Shown piece after piece: positions 14,288 to 27,038 of a stretch of 64,000 bases of DNA; the first letter of the stretch is position 1; every line of letters begins with the position of its first letter. Where the stretch lies: NCBI GenBank assembly GCA_002633005.1, contig NMRA01000129.1, positions 496,627-560,626 on the forward strand, written 5' to 3'. The translations under genes were made by a program, and so were the position numbers. Below the pieces are notes generated by a model, which was given only the letters and a program-made list of their open reading frames with translations, made no database searches and was not told the DNA's origin. Source of the stretch: Phoronis australis (lineage: Eukaryota; Animalia; Phoronida).

Positions 14288-14432
14288 CGACTAACAAACA
14301 ATAAGTTTTACCCGTCAACGAGTTGTTTGTCGGCCGGGTAAAATGGCGGCTTGGAAACAAAGGTGTGTCAAGAATGATGAGTTATAAATGGTCAGTTAAG
14401 CCGTCACTAAAAATCCTGGCGATAGGTAAATT
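14288..14432 (+). repeat. Dispersed repeat, copy B
   Basis: Homologous to 5190-5335. Confidence 0.8.
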
Positions 14433-17400
14433 ACCAAAGTACCCGCCGATGTAGGGCTTACCGTCAAGCGACCCTTTCTCGGTGAAATCAAAACGAGGCA
14501 ACGCTATAAAAAACGAGACAATGCCGGACATTGAATGCATTACCGTGGAACAAAAATTGGTGCCATTTATTTCTCAGATTATGCTTCAAGTAAGATTTTG
14601 TGTATGTCCGATATTTAGTGTCCGTCCGATAATTAGGTACAATATGTGTAATACGTCTTAAAAAGCAGTTTAGTTAACGGGTAACATCACGCTGCGCCAT
14701 TTTCGCACCCGTGGTTGGTTATCTAATCACCTGATTGCCATGTCCTTGCTCATTAACTCGTATTTTGAAAAGCACTCCATTTATTAATACTGGTCAAACA
14801 TTTAACTGTGTTCGTCAGTTATTGACGTGCACTTGTGTTGGCGTACCGTGCAAGTATACTTGCTACCCAACGTTTTATTGGTATAGCCATATCGGTCAGC
14901 CTGTTCAGAACTGCTATAGGGGATCATTATCTCTTATCTGATTTTGTATACCTTACCCTATTGTGCCTGCATTGACTTTCATAATAAAGGGCTATCATGG
15001 AGATGTTTAAACTGTAGGCATGGGTAACAATAGGCATCCCTCTGCCTGTTACTAAAGACCAAGCTACACTACAAGGGAAAGCACTACTTTCAGACTTTAG
15101 CTGGCCAAGCTTAGATATCTATGTCCATTTCAGTTGGCAGTGTTTTCGAAGAACTTCGGCCCAAGTATAAATATTACACTTCATTTCCCTCTGATAGCAT
15201 GAAGCGCGCTTATCCCGAGTAAGAGATGATGGCTGTTGGAAGTTTAAACATTTGAAATGTTCGTTGTAAAAGGATGTTTCACGAATACCATAATCATAGC
15301 TAGNAACACAGTTTTGTTGAAAGTCTTTCATAGATTACATATACGTCACAGAGCGTAAATTTTATGAATCTTAGCTTCCGATTTCACCCGTTTCGGAAAC
15401 CGGGTTTCAACCGCCTTGGGTTACAATATCTGAAACTTCTATTCTGGTGTCTGCTCAAGGCCTAGTTAATGCTTACGTAATACTGCACAAGCGATTTGTG
15501 TGGTTGGCTGGCTCACTATAGGGCTATTGTTAGGACGACTTTGTCATGAGCGACAGCGGGCAACTGGGATAGCGAAGCGGTCGCTCGCTGAGAGGGCTGA
15601 CCCTCATGGCAGTGGCCTCAGTGAACTGCTGTGCCTAGGGACCCATGATATTTTTAAGATGGCCCTGGCCTGCTAGTAATCTTGCCAAAATTACAATGAT
15701 AATAATGGCGTTAACACGACTGTGTTTATTTCTGTAGTGTTATCCACGCTCACCGGCGGATATCAGAACGCCAGATTTCGCTATTTGCCATCTGAACGAT
15801 TGAGAAGGCTGAAACCACTAACAACAAAGCGAATAGATGATGGCAATAAAAGATGAAAAATCAGAGGAAAGAAGCGAAAATGGCCGTACAATAGAACAGA
15901 ATCAATATAGACCGGGTATAGGGCCTACCAAGCCGTATTCAGTGCCCCGGGAGAGCTATTACTCTCGCTCGCTCCACATGACCTGAAGTCGCCCTCAGGA
16001 TCGGTCCATATTTGTATAGCCCCATTCGCCTTCTTTGCGGACCACGCGCGAATTGTTCTCTAAGTGGACTCTTAACCAAGTTACAGACCATTTGAATCAT
16101 TTTTTATTAACTATCCTGAATCGATGCCACGGTTAACCGGTGCCATCTATTGGCAATAATTGGTTTTAAAATTAAAGACAATAGAAAGTTCGGTTACACG
16201 TTAAACGCCGCATTTTTTGCTCGATACATCACAGTGTTGATCTATATTATCGCGCTCAGTTTTGTCACACGGGCGGATACAATGTGAAGACCACTGATCT
16301 CACGTAAGTGCAAAACATGATATTTAATTGCCGCATTGTAGCAAAAGATCGTTAGATGCATGCATTTGGGAAATGTTTTTAGAAAGTTTTAGCTAACCAA
16401 GTGATGGTGTAGCTTAGCACATGTGTCTTACTCGGTTGATTGCTTGAAATATGACCTTTTTTATGATTTTTTTCAAAGAAAAACCGCAGTATATGGGTGG
16501 TGATAAGTGACACAGAAATAGTATATTCATATTTCTTGCCAGAATTGCCTAAACATCTCACTTTCGATAATATTTCATGAAATCAAATTAAGAAGAATAC
16601 ATAACAAACGGTAATAATTGAGAATTTGAGAATTAAACACAAAATATCTTTTTCTAAGTGCATTTTTGGTGTCCGAAAAAAACATCATCTTAGAATTTTT
16701 GTAACTGGGAAGTTGACTGTTTTCACTGGGGACAGAATTTAATGATGTCACTACTGTCGTAGCTTTTATTTCCTCCCCCGGCTGCCACCACGATGACACC
16801 AGTGAGATTTATGAGTCCCTGATTTCATAATATCAGCTGTTATTCGATGGAAGTAACTGGTTTTGAAGTCAGGAATCAATCTGTAACCCACCCTTGGTAG
16901 TCACTGTCGTACCACGGTGCCAATTCGTCTGTCTTTTAGTTATCAGTACTGTGTCTCGCCTGCTGTTGCCTAATTCGTTTGCCGCCACTAATCAGTAATT
17001 GTCACCATAGTGTAACTCTAGTAGTGGCTATAACTGTGTAATTCTTCTACAGTTGCGTTCGCGTTTAACGTGTGGCCGAAGCCGGTGGAACACAACGCAA
17101 TGGAATTCCTAGCAACGCATGCGGCTTTTACACGTTTACGCGTAAACGCTTGTGGGTTTTCACACGTTTACGCGCTGACGAGAAAACCCGCGTTACCAAC
17201 TGACAGACTTGGAATTCCATATATTTGACGTTATTACCGTCGATCCGTGTGAAAAGACTGACGGCAAAATATAGGTTAACACTGACGTAGTAACCACAGA
17301 ATGCTGAAATCACACGTTCGCGTTCGTGTTTACGATGGTTTTACAATGCATTTAGGGCACTTGCAATGCGGATCAACGACATTCGGAGAACGAATGAGGA

Positions 17401-18717
17401 AAAGCATTTATCGCTGATTTGATTAGTGATGTAGCTCAAAACAAAGTCAAGGAAAATCACTTCCATAATATTCTTTATTTTACTTCCTTCAGATAATAGT
17501 TTGAGTTGTGGATTGGCAATTTACTCAAGGAATGTATTTTGGTGACAGGGCAATTGACTTGACAACTGAAGACGCATACTTATTCCTAACGCTAGACCAA
17601 CAGAGTGCACCCTAAAAGTTTCAGATACAGACGTCTCGCTTGCAGGTGGCTTTCCACCACCATTTGTGCTATGAAATATCCGGAACCGGCATTGGCTTGC
17701 CGTCGAACACAAGAGCATAATACGCAACAACTAGGCTACTGTCACAGTGGTACCTACGTTGCCTGTCTGAATCTCACACTCAGATATCTATTGGTCTGAG
17801 TGAAAATTAATCAACTTGGTGTTTTTAACATGCGACAGAACTTAAAATGTAGCTTTGGTCTATGCATGAAACTTGGACACCACCAAATAAAACTTGAGTT
17901 AACTTAGGAGCAAATGGTCCCAACCAAGGAGAGAAGGAGTCGAAACTTATGCCGACGATGAAGGGGGTAGCTGAGATAACGGGGGCCTAAACTTTCGGCA
18001 GCTTGATTAGGGAGTCGAGAAATATTCGGTATCTTGCAATTCTTGTGTGTTCATTTTGATCCATTAGGTCTAAGGACATGCCGCTAATGCAAAAGTCAGA
18101 ATTGCCATTCGTATTTCAGACGTTTTGTCTTGGAGGTTACTGTATACCTTCCAGAGGCCACCTAGAACTTCCTGTGCTGTAATTTTGTTTGCATAGGTTT
18201 TTGTATAATTACTCCTAATAAATGTGATTTTTCTTTGTTCTCATGAATAGTAATAATAAATGTAATTTTTCTTTGTTCTCGTGATTAGTAATGAACATTT
18301 TTTATTCTAAAGTAGATGAACATGTTCTTTCAACGCTGACGGACTGGTGCCCTATTGGCGACTTCAAAATCCCTAGTTGGTCAACTCAGTTCTCCTTCCT
18401 TTATATATCCAATGCAAGCCATGTTTTCGATTTACATCTACCGTGGTAAAGCTGTAAATATTTACTTGAATAGTAAGCCTATTCTCGATCCAAAGTCATA
18501 CATTTGACAATATTTGAAACGGAATATCGAAAAATGATGAGTACGCAATCAAATCGAATTGTCGAAATTGATATGATAAAGCGTACGTGCTATTCTTGAT
18601 TTTTTTTAAAAGAACATATTGATCTTCAGGGAATCACAATTTTGCGGCAAAAATACAGTTGAAAGGGACAAGCAAATCCATTTCAATTTAGTATTGAACA
18701 GAGAGTTGTGTACTCAC

Positions 18718-18864
18718 CAAATGGCTGCAGTTCGTTTTACATCTGTCCAGCTTGATAAAATCCAAAAGCTCGTTGGATTCAACTCTTTTGTCCGATAAGA
18801 CGCAGACGCACATGTTTATTGCTACAAGTATCCAGTCAGCATTCGTTACTTCTAACATTTTCAT
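18718..18864 (-). CDS. Putative first coding exon (signal-peptide-like, then RCKTNCSHL) of a Cys-box/FN3 protein gene
   Basis: ttttcag acceptor at 18875, ATG at 18864, strong GTGAGT donor. Translation: MKMLEVTNADWILVAINMCVCVLSDKRVESNELLDFIKLDRCKTNCSHL. Confidence 0.5.
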
Positions 18865-20163
18865 CACTGCAAACCTGAAAACAAATGATCGTCAGTGTGA
18901 AAACGTTATTTTCGTATTGCCAAGTCAATGTTTATTACAGGTATTAAACCAACGTCGTTTCATGGTACAGTGACGTCTTATGGTGGACATCCTTTCCAAG
19001 CGTAATACGGTAACAGATTCTCTACGGTGTGTTAAACTGTTTCCACATAAAGCTGTATTACCAGAACGGATCCTAGCGGGGCAAACGATCCATTCATACA
19101 TTACGCCAGTCCATGATTGACACGCCGAAATTTGTTCACAGGCGTCAGTTTGATTCTAACACGGATACGTTGCGTAGACTTAAAACACTCGCAAAGCACT
19201 ATTAGCACATGTTGGTGCCATGTTTTAGCCAAAGGCATTATCAATGGCAAGTCCAAAGTAATCTCTGACATATCAAAAACGATACAACGAAGTAGCACGC
19301 GCAGTTTTGATTGGCCAATGACGGAAAATCGGCGATATTTAAATCTTCACTCAGTAGCGCCATTCTCTCGGGCGAAATGAAGTACATGTAAAAGGAAACG
19401 GCAACGAAGAATTGATGAAAGATAAACTGTTGTTCAAAGCAATCCGGGGTGTGCTAGGTAGAGGTGTTTCTTATCACGCCTGTGTGAAAGCGCATGTTGA
19501 AGTTGGTCACGAATGTCACGGGTGTACCGCTGAATAGTCTTTATAAGGGACCGGATTTTGAAAACCAGAAAACTGATTCTTGTAATTCAGTAAAGTAAAA
19601 TGCGGACCGTATCCGATAGCAGTTCTTTACACTGAACAAAACATGTCACCAGATTGCCTTAACGAATATTCAATTCTAAGCCCAAGCATACGCGATGTTG
19701 GTATAGAGCGTGCCGGATTAAAGTTGACGCACAGCACGCCTACCCCGCAAGCATACAGGGGCGCTAGTACATCCCACAAAAAGTTCCTCATTTCAAAATA
19801 CATCAAATAAAATCAAATGAACCATACATATAGGAACATGTGGTTATAATTAAAACATACCATGACTCTGGATACAATTTAGTCAAGAAAACTTGAACAA
19901 ATCGATGAAAATCTGTCGCGGTTTGCTCGAGTTTTTCTTACCGGGTGCCATTTTGAGGAAGTTACGTGAAATCACGCACTGTTGACGAACAAAAAGTCCA
20001 AGGGACGCAAATCTAACAAATTTCACCTGATACCTTCTCATGCTATTTTGCAAGTGTCACGCACTAGCGTCACGCGCTTCGCTCAGTCTCGCGCTAGCCT
20101 TTGCCTAACTCACGTGACTCAGTTGACATACTTTGTGGTTATCGCGCGCGGTGAAAAAGTTAA

Positions 20164-21489
20164 GGCGAAGACAACCTTTTTTCCTGTCGCTTTTAGCAAA
20201 AATAAGGTTCGTCGAATATCCCAGACACTTTTTTCACTTAATTACAGCTTTTCGTAATTTGATTAATTTCTCGTCCTCTACTCCGGAAGTGACGTATTGG
20301 GAGGCAAAATTTTCCAGCCAATTTCTTTTCATTGTAGTCTGACTGTGAGAGCTGTCGAGTCAGTCACTGTTCTACCTCGGTTGTGATAAGTTCGGTGGTC
20401 GTTTGCTTTTGTTTACAAGTCATTCAACATGCCACGCTGTTGCTGCGTGTCGGGATGTACTCATTATCGTCTCACTCGCGCTTTGGGTACCTTGCGTCGC
20501 TTTCCGAAGGATGACACACTTCGCCGTGCTTGGCTAGCTCGTTCATATGAAGAATGCAGCGCTACCCATCCACGCAACGTACAAAGCAACGGAGGGTTAC
20601 CGAGTGTGTGGCAAGCATTTTCTGCCGTCAGATGACGACAGAGATATGTACGCTGAATTGATGAATATCCCTGCGAAACAACGCCTGAAGAAGGGTACCA
20701 TACCATACCATTCCCGGCAATGCCCCGTCGCCAACCCCGAAAAGTGTGCTTTTGAAGCGAGAAGCCTCGCGAGCTGTGGCCACTATATACAGTGACTGGA
20801 GGCTCTTCATCTACTGTCACCCGTGCCTCCGAACGTACCCCATTGCGTGCAATTCCGGGAACTAGCAGTGATTCGCCCTGTGCTGTTGTCTCTAGCCCAG
20901 AGCCTGTAAGCAGCCCAGCAGCGATGTTGAGTAGTGGGAGTGAATACAGGCCCAGTTCGACACCCAGTGAGGACGACAGATCGTCATCCAATGAACAGAT
21001 CGGTGAGCGTAAGTTTGATAAGTTTATTGTGGACTTGAATTGGAGCTATTTAGAAGGTGCCAGGTGTCTGGCGAGGGAGTCAAACAGCGGGATGTAAGCA
21101 GTTTGGGTGCTCAGATCACCCTCCAGTGGGAGTGTGTCGCTATACATTCGGGCAAGTGGGACAGTTCTTCTTCTGTACGTGAGACGATAATGAGTACACC
21201 CCTGTACGCAGCAACAGCGTGGCATGTTGACTGACTCGTAAGCAAAAACAAACGACGACCGAACTTACCACAACCAAGGTAGAACAATGACTGACTCGAC
21301 TGCTCTCACAGTCAGACTATATGAAGAGAAATTGGCGCGAAATTCTTGCCTCCCAAAACGTCATTTCCGGAGTAGACGACGAGTAATTAATTAAATTACG
21401 AAAAGCAATAAATAAGTGAAAAATATGTCTGGGATAATCAACGAACCTTATTTTTGCTAAAAATGACATGAAAAAAGTTGCCTTCGCCT
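20164..21489 (+). mobile_element. Non-autonomous Kolobok-type DNA transposon with ~310-bp inverted ends and a THAP transposase remnant
   Basis: TTAA at 20160-63 and 21490-93 with (A)GG..CCT termini. The empty site is visible near 50916. Contains a frameshifted THAP domain and a KFIV..LELFRRC..WEC..H..W segment. Confidence 0.85.
20429..21175 (+). pseudogene. Truncated, frameshifted THAP-domain transposase N-terminus
   Basis: MPRCCCVSGC..RFPKD..RAWL, then in another frame RVCGKHF..RLKKGTIP. No DDE core follows. Confidence 0.8.
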
Positions 21490-22477
21490 TTAACGGCAAC
21501 CAAAAAAGTGGAGTTGGAATTCTTCCCAAAGTCAACTTAATTCTCACAATTAAGCTTCATCGGATATATATAAGGAAAAAGGACCAATGATGAAAGTAAG
21601 CGCTTTTTTAAATGCTAGTTTTAAGTGTGGAATGTATTTATGACGAGGTGAAAACTCAAAATCGGTAACCCAAATCCGGTCACCGCACGTTTTAATACAT
21701 GTAACGAAATGAGTACAGAATGCGAATGGAAGTATTGTAGCCCCTAAATGACCAACCGAGGGGCTACGTGTTGCCTAGCCTACCCCCTGTCCACTTCATT
21801 GTTGTTTGCATCTGAATGGAGATTAACTCGGGCTGTGATGCACATTGGTGTCCACACCAGAAAATCACAATGGGGTGGGACTAAGACCACGAGTGGTTGA
21901 TTTTGACGTTTGCACCCTGTCTCGAGTCACCTGAAAACGGCATAACTGACATAAAATACTATATATGAGGTTTCCCAAAGACTAAGAAATTCAACAAAGC
22001 CATGTCATTTTACCTTGCCACGTCCACCGAAAAAAATGAAATAACAAAAATGACCAAAAAGTGCGATTTTGGTCATTTTTACCTAAAATCACAAATTCAC
22101 GACTGTCCCGGTGCAAGCAAGGAGACCACAAAATAATTGAATCCGAATGCTCTTTCACTCTAGTACATAAATTCAAGTTAAAATGTCACTATTAACCAGA
22201 TGTTTGACAATTTTTACTTGTCAGAAGGGTACCTGGATTCACGCCGTGCTCTGAAAATGGGGACACATCCACGTAAGAGACCACATCTTTGTCCGCATCC
22301 GACTAGACAAGAGCAGAGGCCAAATTTCTGGACTCAGTTTACACAAAACAACTTCAATGCCATTCGTGGCAATCACTTCCTATTTAGTCCACAAAACTAC
22401 CGTCAAACCCGACCCACTCCATTGTCTTGGGGGCGCTACAAAAGCCTGAACCGTGGATCACTTCTCATTCAATGTTA

Positions 22478-22712
22478 ACATCATCATCATCATCTTCTAC
22501 TTCTTCTTCTTCCCCCATCTTCATCTTCCATCATAATCATCGTCGTCTTCTTCTTCATCTTCCCCGTCATCATCATCATCACCATCATCGTCGCCTTTTT
22601 CTTCTTCATCTTCCCTCATCATCATCATCACCATCATCCTCATCATCTTTTTCTTCATCTTCCCTCATCGTCATCATCATCGTCATCATCATCATCATCA
22701 TCATCATCATTG
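22478..22712. repeat. (TCA/TCT)n trinucleotide low-complexity tract
   Basis: Direct reading. Confidence 0.92.
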
Positions 22713-25700
22713 TCTAGGTCTAATTATTGATCGTCATTATTCTGTTGCCTTGGTTGTAGCTATTTTCAATTTCATTCACGACATCGAACGAAGGCATTTT
22801 AAAAACGTTTTCCAGCGAATTTACTCCGTCTCTCATGGGTGATTTAAAGGAATATTCGCTCGGAATTGTGCAACGCGCAAGGCATAACGTCGCTCGAATA
22901 TTTACACACGACGGTATCGTCAACGTCATCTTACATAGGTGAGAGCAAAGCAATTATAAACTTGTTTTGAACAACAGCTGTTAATTACTGACTGAGTCAA
23001 ACAACACTGGTCAGGTTTCAAAGCTACTAAATAGATTAGTTATTGATTTCGCCGAATACAAGTAAAGGACTATCCTGCGCGCGAGGTGCAACTTCCGGTG
23101 ATTGTATGTCTTCTGTGGAATTACTTAACTAAGTGACTAATCAAGGTTTCTCGAGGCCCTAAGTGATAAAAAGTCTAGGGCCATCTTGACTTCAAACTTG
23201 TGTACTTTTTGTAAAAAGGAGCCAGAAGTTTTGATTCATCTCTTTTTGGTTTTGCAATGTTGTAGTCTTTTTGGGATTCCTTTCAAAATTGGATTTCAGA
23301 TAAAACAGGAATAGCGTTAAATTTAACTTCTATGAACATATTTTTGAAAAAGATGAAAAAATTGTCGATCTCTTGATTTGCCTGGCAAAATTACACATCC
23401 GCAACATCCGTTTAAGAAAAACAAACCCTTGTTTACCTTTACGTAAAAAGAAATTTATGAATGAATATTTTATATTGGAAAAGCTTATACAATCAAATAA
23501 TTGTGAACAAAATAAATTCAACGATAGATCGACCACTGTGGCTCCATTATTTTTCTAATAATCATTGATTGATCCCTGGTATGAGTGTGGCGTATGTGTG
23601 TGTGTGTGAGCTCAATTTCATAACTTGTACGTGCACTGTAATTCTTGTTGTGAGGTACTAAATGTATAGGAAAAAGTCGAGGTCCCGGTAATTTGAGGTG
23701 CTCATTCCCCCGTGCCTTAAACATCACTCCTCCCGTCGCCACAACTGTTCATGGTAGGGTCGTCACATTTATTCATCCTCAGAACCCCACGAGCAGTCTT
23801 GCTTTTTGGGAAAATGCTTTAGAGTTAACATTATGGAGACTTTTCTATTTCATTAACGAATTAATTTGCAAATCGGTGGAAGACACCACGAGTTAGTGCA
23901 AAAGGTCAGGTCAATTTTCTCAACGAGACGAGCGAATAGCCCAGATACATGAACACATAAGGCTAACTTTCACACATATATAGTTCCTTACCCACGTTTG
24001 CAGTGTCTATAAGCCGCTGCTGTTCAAAAATTCTGTACTAATAAGAACACATTGATATCGGATAATTCTTTACCGTTCTACAATGTCCAGAAGTGGTCAG
24101 GGATATGGTCATGTAACCGTATATAATGGATGGAAGCAAATTGATTTTTTAATCTTGTTCAGTTTTCTTAAACCATGCCTTGATGTGTTGAAATGTTATG
24201 TTGAAAGCTTCTGTTTCACTGATATTATATTCCGCACTTCATCTGGAAGCTCTACATTGGCAAACTCGGATTAAGTCAGAGAATTCTGAATCCTTGCAAA
24301 GAGTTGTCTACAGTTGGACATCATCTAGATGTTATCTTCTTTACGTTTTCTAATTCCTCTTTCTTCAATGACCATGTTTATCGATATATTTACTTGCCTA
24401 CTTTTATTAACTGTTATAGTCTTGATGTTTTAATTTTAGACCTACAGATTTTATCATTTATTTTTGTAGTCGTTTTCAACTTTCTTATTATTTGAGTTTC
24501 ATCAATTTGTTTTATCTCCTAGACTATTATTTTTTTGCCCTTTTATTTTATCAGTTTCTTTTATGTCGGTGATTGTTAATCTGTTTAGTCTAAACTTTTA
24601 TAAATTCGCACAGTTAATTCGTTCCTTGGCTGCACTTTGTTGATGATTTGTTGAGTGTTACGCTTTTTTATTCCCTAAAACCGTCATGCTTTATTCAGTT
24701 ATACTTATGTTATCTGCTTCACGCTGTTTCATGATGTTCTGTCATTGAAATTTTAGCAGATTGGATGTCGATGCTTGCCTTCCACCAGAAGTCTGTGAGG
24801 GTCACAGCAGGGCTTTACCTCGAGTCACAGACATGCCTGCTACCGTGCAATATGACCTCGAGTCACAATTGAATTATGTATGCAAAGTGATACAATGGAT
24901 ATTGGTTTAGTTAAGCCATAAAATTCTTGTTCTAGGACAAACGTGATCTAGTTGTTTTGTCGAAATCGAAATGTGAGTAGTCGTCGCGTGAAACACTTTT
25001 CTATTTTCGCCCACAAGCTAACGAGACCCACTCTTTTGAATGTGGTACAGTTTTTCAAAGGCGACATAACATGGACGTTTAGTTTATTGTTCTTGTCAAT
25101 TTCATTCCTTTATCTGTTGTGGTGAATATATTGAGTACGAGGACGTTTGTAATCCCCTGCTCGGTTACTTAATTGAAACGGTCACAAATAGGGACTCAAG
25201 TGGATTCTCTTAATCTTCTGTGCTGCGGGGTCTTTGCTTACTCACATTTGTTGTGTTTTGGTAGCCTTTGATGAGGCAACTTTGTATTTGTTTTGTAATA
25301 ATATGTCTGAAAATTGTTCCCGTATTTCAATGAAAGTAAATACGGCCTTAGTCTTTAAGTTATGGACATTGCATAAAAAATCTTATTTATTTTCTTAATT
25401 AAGTATTGAGTGAGAACTCAACATAGATTTTACTATAGGTGTGTATCAAAGCTACAAATTTACTTAGTATTGGAGACAAAATAAATTTAGTTTCCGTAAC
25501 TCCGTTATGAATGTGGTGAAAAGTTAAGAATTGTGGGCCTAGTTGAGTTCCTGTTTAATTGGGACTGTTTCATGCAAGGGACCGCCAGTCGCACGTAATC
25601 CATTTTGTTGTTTCTAATGATTCGTCTCCAATTAAGTTGTGTGATTTATATTCGTTCGCTTGTAGATTTTCTGCGTGGTTTTTCATAGTTTGGCAACAGT

Positions 25701-26779
25701 TTTATTTATTTGTTATTATTTGGGTTTCATCAAATTTGTTTCATCTCCGATGTTTATTGGTTTGTTTTCTAACGAATTGGTCAGTGAGTATAAATTCGTT
25801 CGGTGGGGTTGCGTTTGATGTGCCGGACTGCATTAAGTTGTATTGATGGTTCTAGGCTAAACTTTAGCTATACTTGGACGGTTGTCATGATGGTTTTGAT
25901 TTTCTGTTCACGGACTCTGTTAGCATGTATTGGCCGCCAGGATGCGCGACTGACTTACGCCTTCCACCACGGTGTGGGTCAATGAGTCTTGACAGTGTGT
26001 CAAAGACATGCGTAATACATATTGCGTTTTCTGGGGGAAGCTCCACAGTTCCATGTTTCTCAGTTTTTACTATTTTTCAAGTTTTAGCGTACCTTTTATT
26101 TTGTTTTATCATATTTTAGTTCTAGCATTTTTTGGTTTCTTAAAACCATTTATTCCCGCCATGACACAGGGCGAGACAACACCGGCCCCTGTTCCAGCCA
26201 TGGGCAATCCTTCTCCTACGGTTTGACACTCGGAGTTAGGGTTGGGCATCCGGCTGACAGCACTTGTAAGTATAGTCCTGCACATCTTTCATTTCATTTC
26301 TATCTTTTCGTGCGTCCCTGCAGATGGGCATGAGCTGTTTTACTCTAACATCTCTTGAGCTTTTTTATTGCCCATCTTACCAGAGATTATCATCATTATT
26401 TTTATTATCTGTATTCACTATATTTACTTGTAGTTCTATTCGTCAAAATAAATGACGACCTTGTAGGCTATCGGTCTCCTTTTCATCTCTGGGTAAAGAC
26501 GAGCTTGCGACGCACGTATCATTTATCCATTATTCGGGACATATGGCGATCATAAATGAAAATGCTTCCGACGCCACTGGGAAGCACCACTTACTGGTTC
26601 CCATCGCAAATTAATAATTGTTGGTCAAACTACATAACGGCTAAGAGGACTCAAGCCCGGTCGAAGACGTAAACGGAACACGCCGGATATTCTCTCCAAC
26701 CAAAAACATTCCTTGCTCCAACTTCAGCCTCCCGTTCAGTAACTCTAGGACCTAGCTTAAAAGCGAGATATTGCCGTGT

Positions 26780-27038
26780 ATTTTAAATAAGAGCACGTGA
26801 CCTTGACTAGCTTTTGGCTAGGTCCTAGCGTAGGTCCTAGCGTCTACTGAACGCACGCCAGGTTACGGAAATATCCGAGGTGTTTCGAATAGGCCGGAAT
26901 CATCCGAAAAAACGTATGTCATGCGTTCGACCTCCATCTTGGCCTTGCGCTAGGTTTGGTTGTTAGTTTTCTGGTTAACCGGGGCTGTTTTCGGCGAACG
27001 TCGAGTAAATTTGGGACTGAATTTAGTAAGCTATAATT
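26780..27038 (+). promoter_or_regulatory. CpG-enriched putative promoter/5'UTR of the bZIP gene
   Basis: CACGTG E-box near 26794, YY1-like CCATCTT near 26934, and short upstream ATGs at 26916 and 26921. Confidence 0.4.

Larger units (their letters stand above)
19747..21777 (+). mobile_element. Unclassified element, copy 1, carrying the nested Kolobok
   Basis: Perfect TSD gcctacccc at 19738-46 and 21778-86. Colinear with 50508-51208 once 20164-21493 is removed. Confidence 0.8.

Noticed and set aside
15304-15304. Single N base
   Set aside because: Assembly ambiguity, not biology.
20464-20991. 175-aa minus-strand ORF
   Set aside because: Antisense shadow of the THAP transposase remnant.
22427-22717. 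Poly-Ser/His/Ile ORF
   Set aside because: Artefact of translating a trinucleotide repeat.
24060-26300. Possible decayed LINE 5' region on the minus strand (strand-skewed, KWITCD fragment)
   Set aside because: I could not read any convincing endonuclease or RT motif; needs TBLASTN.
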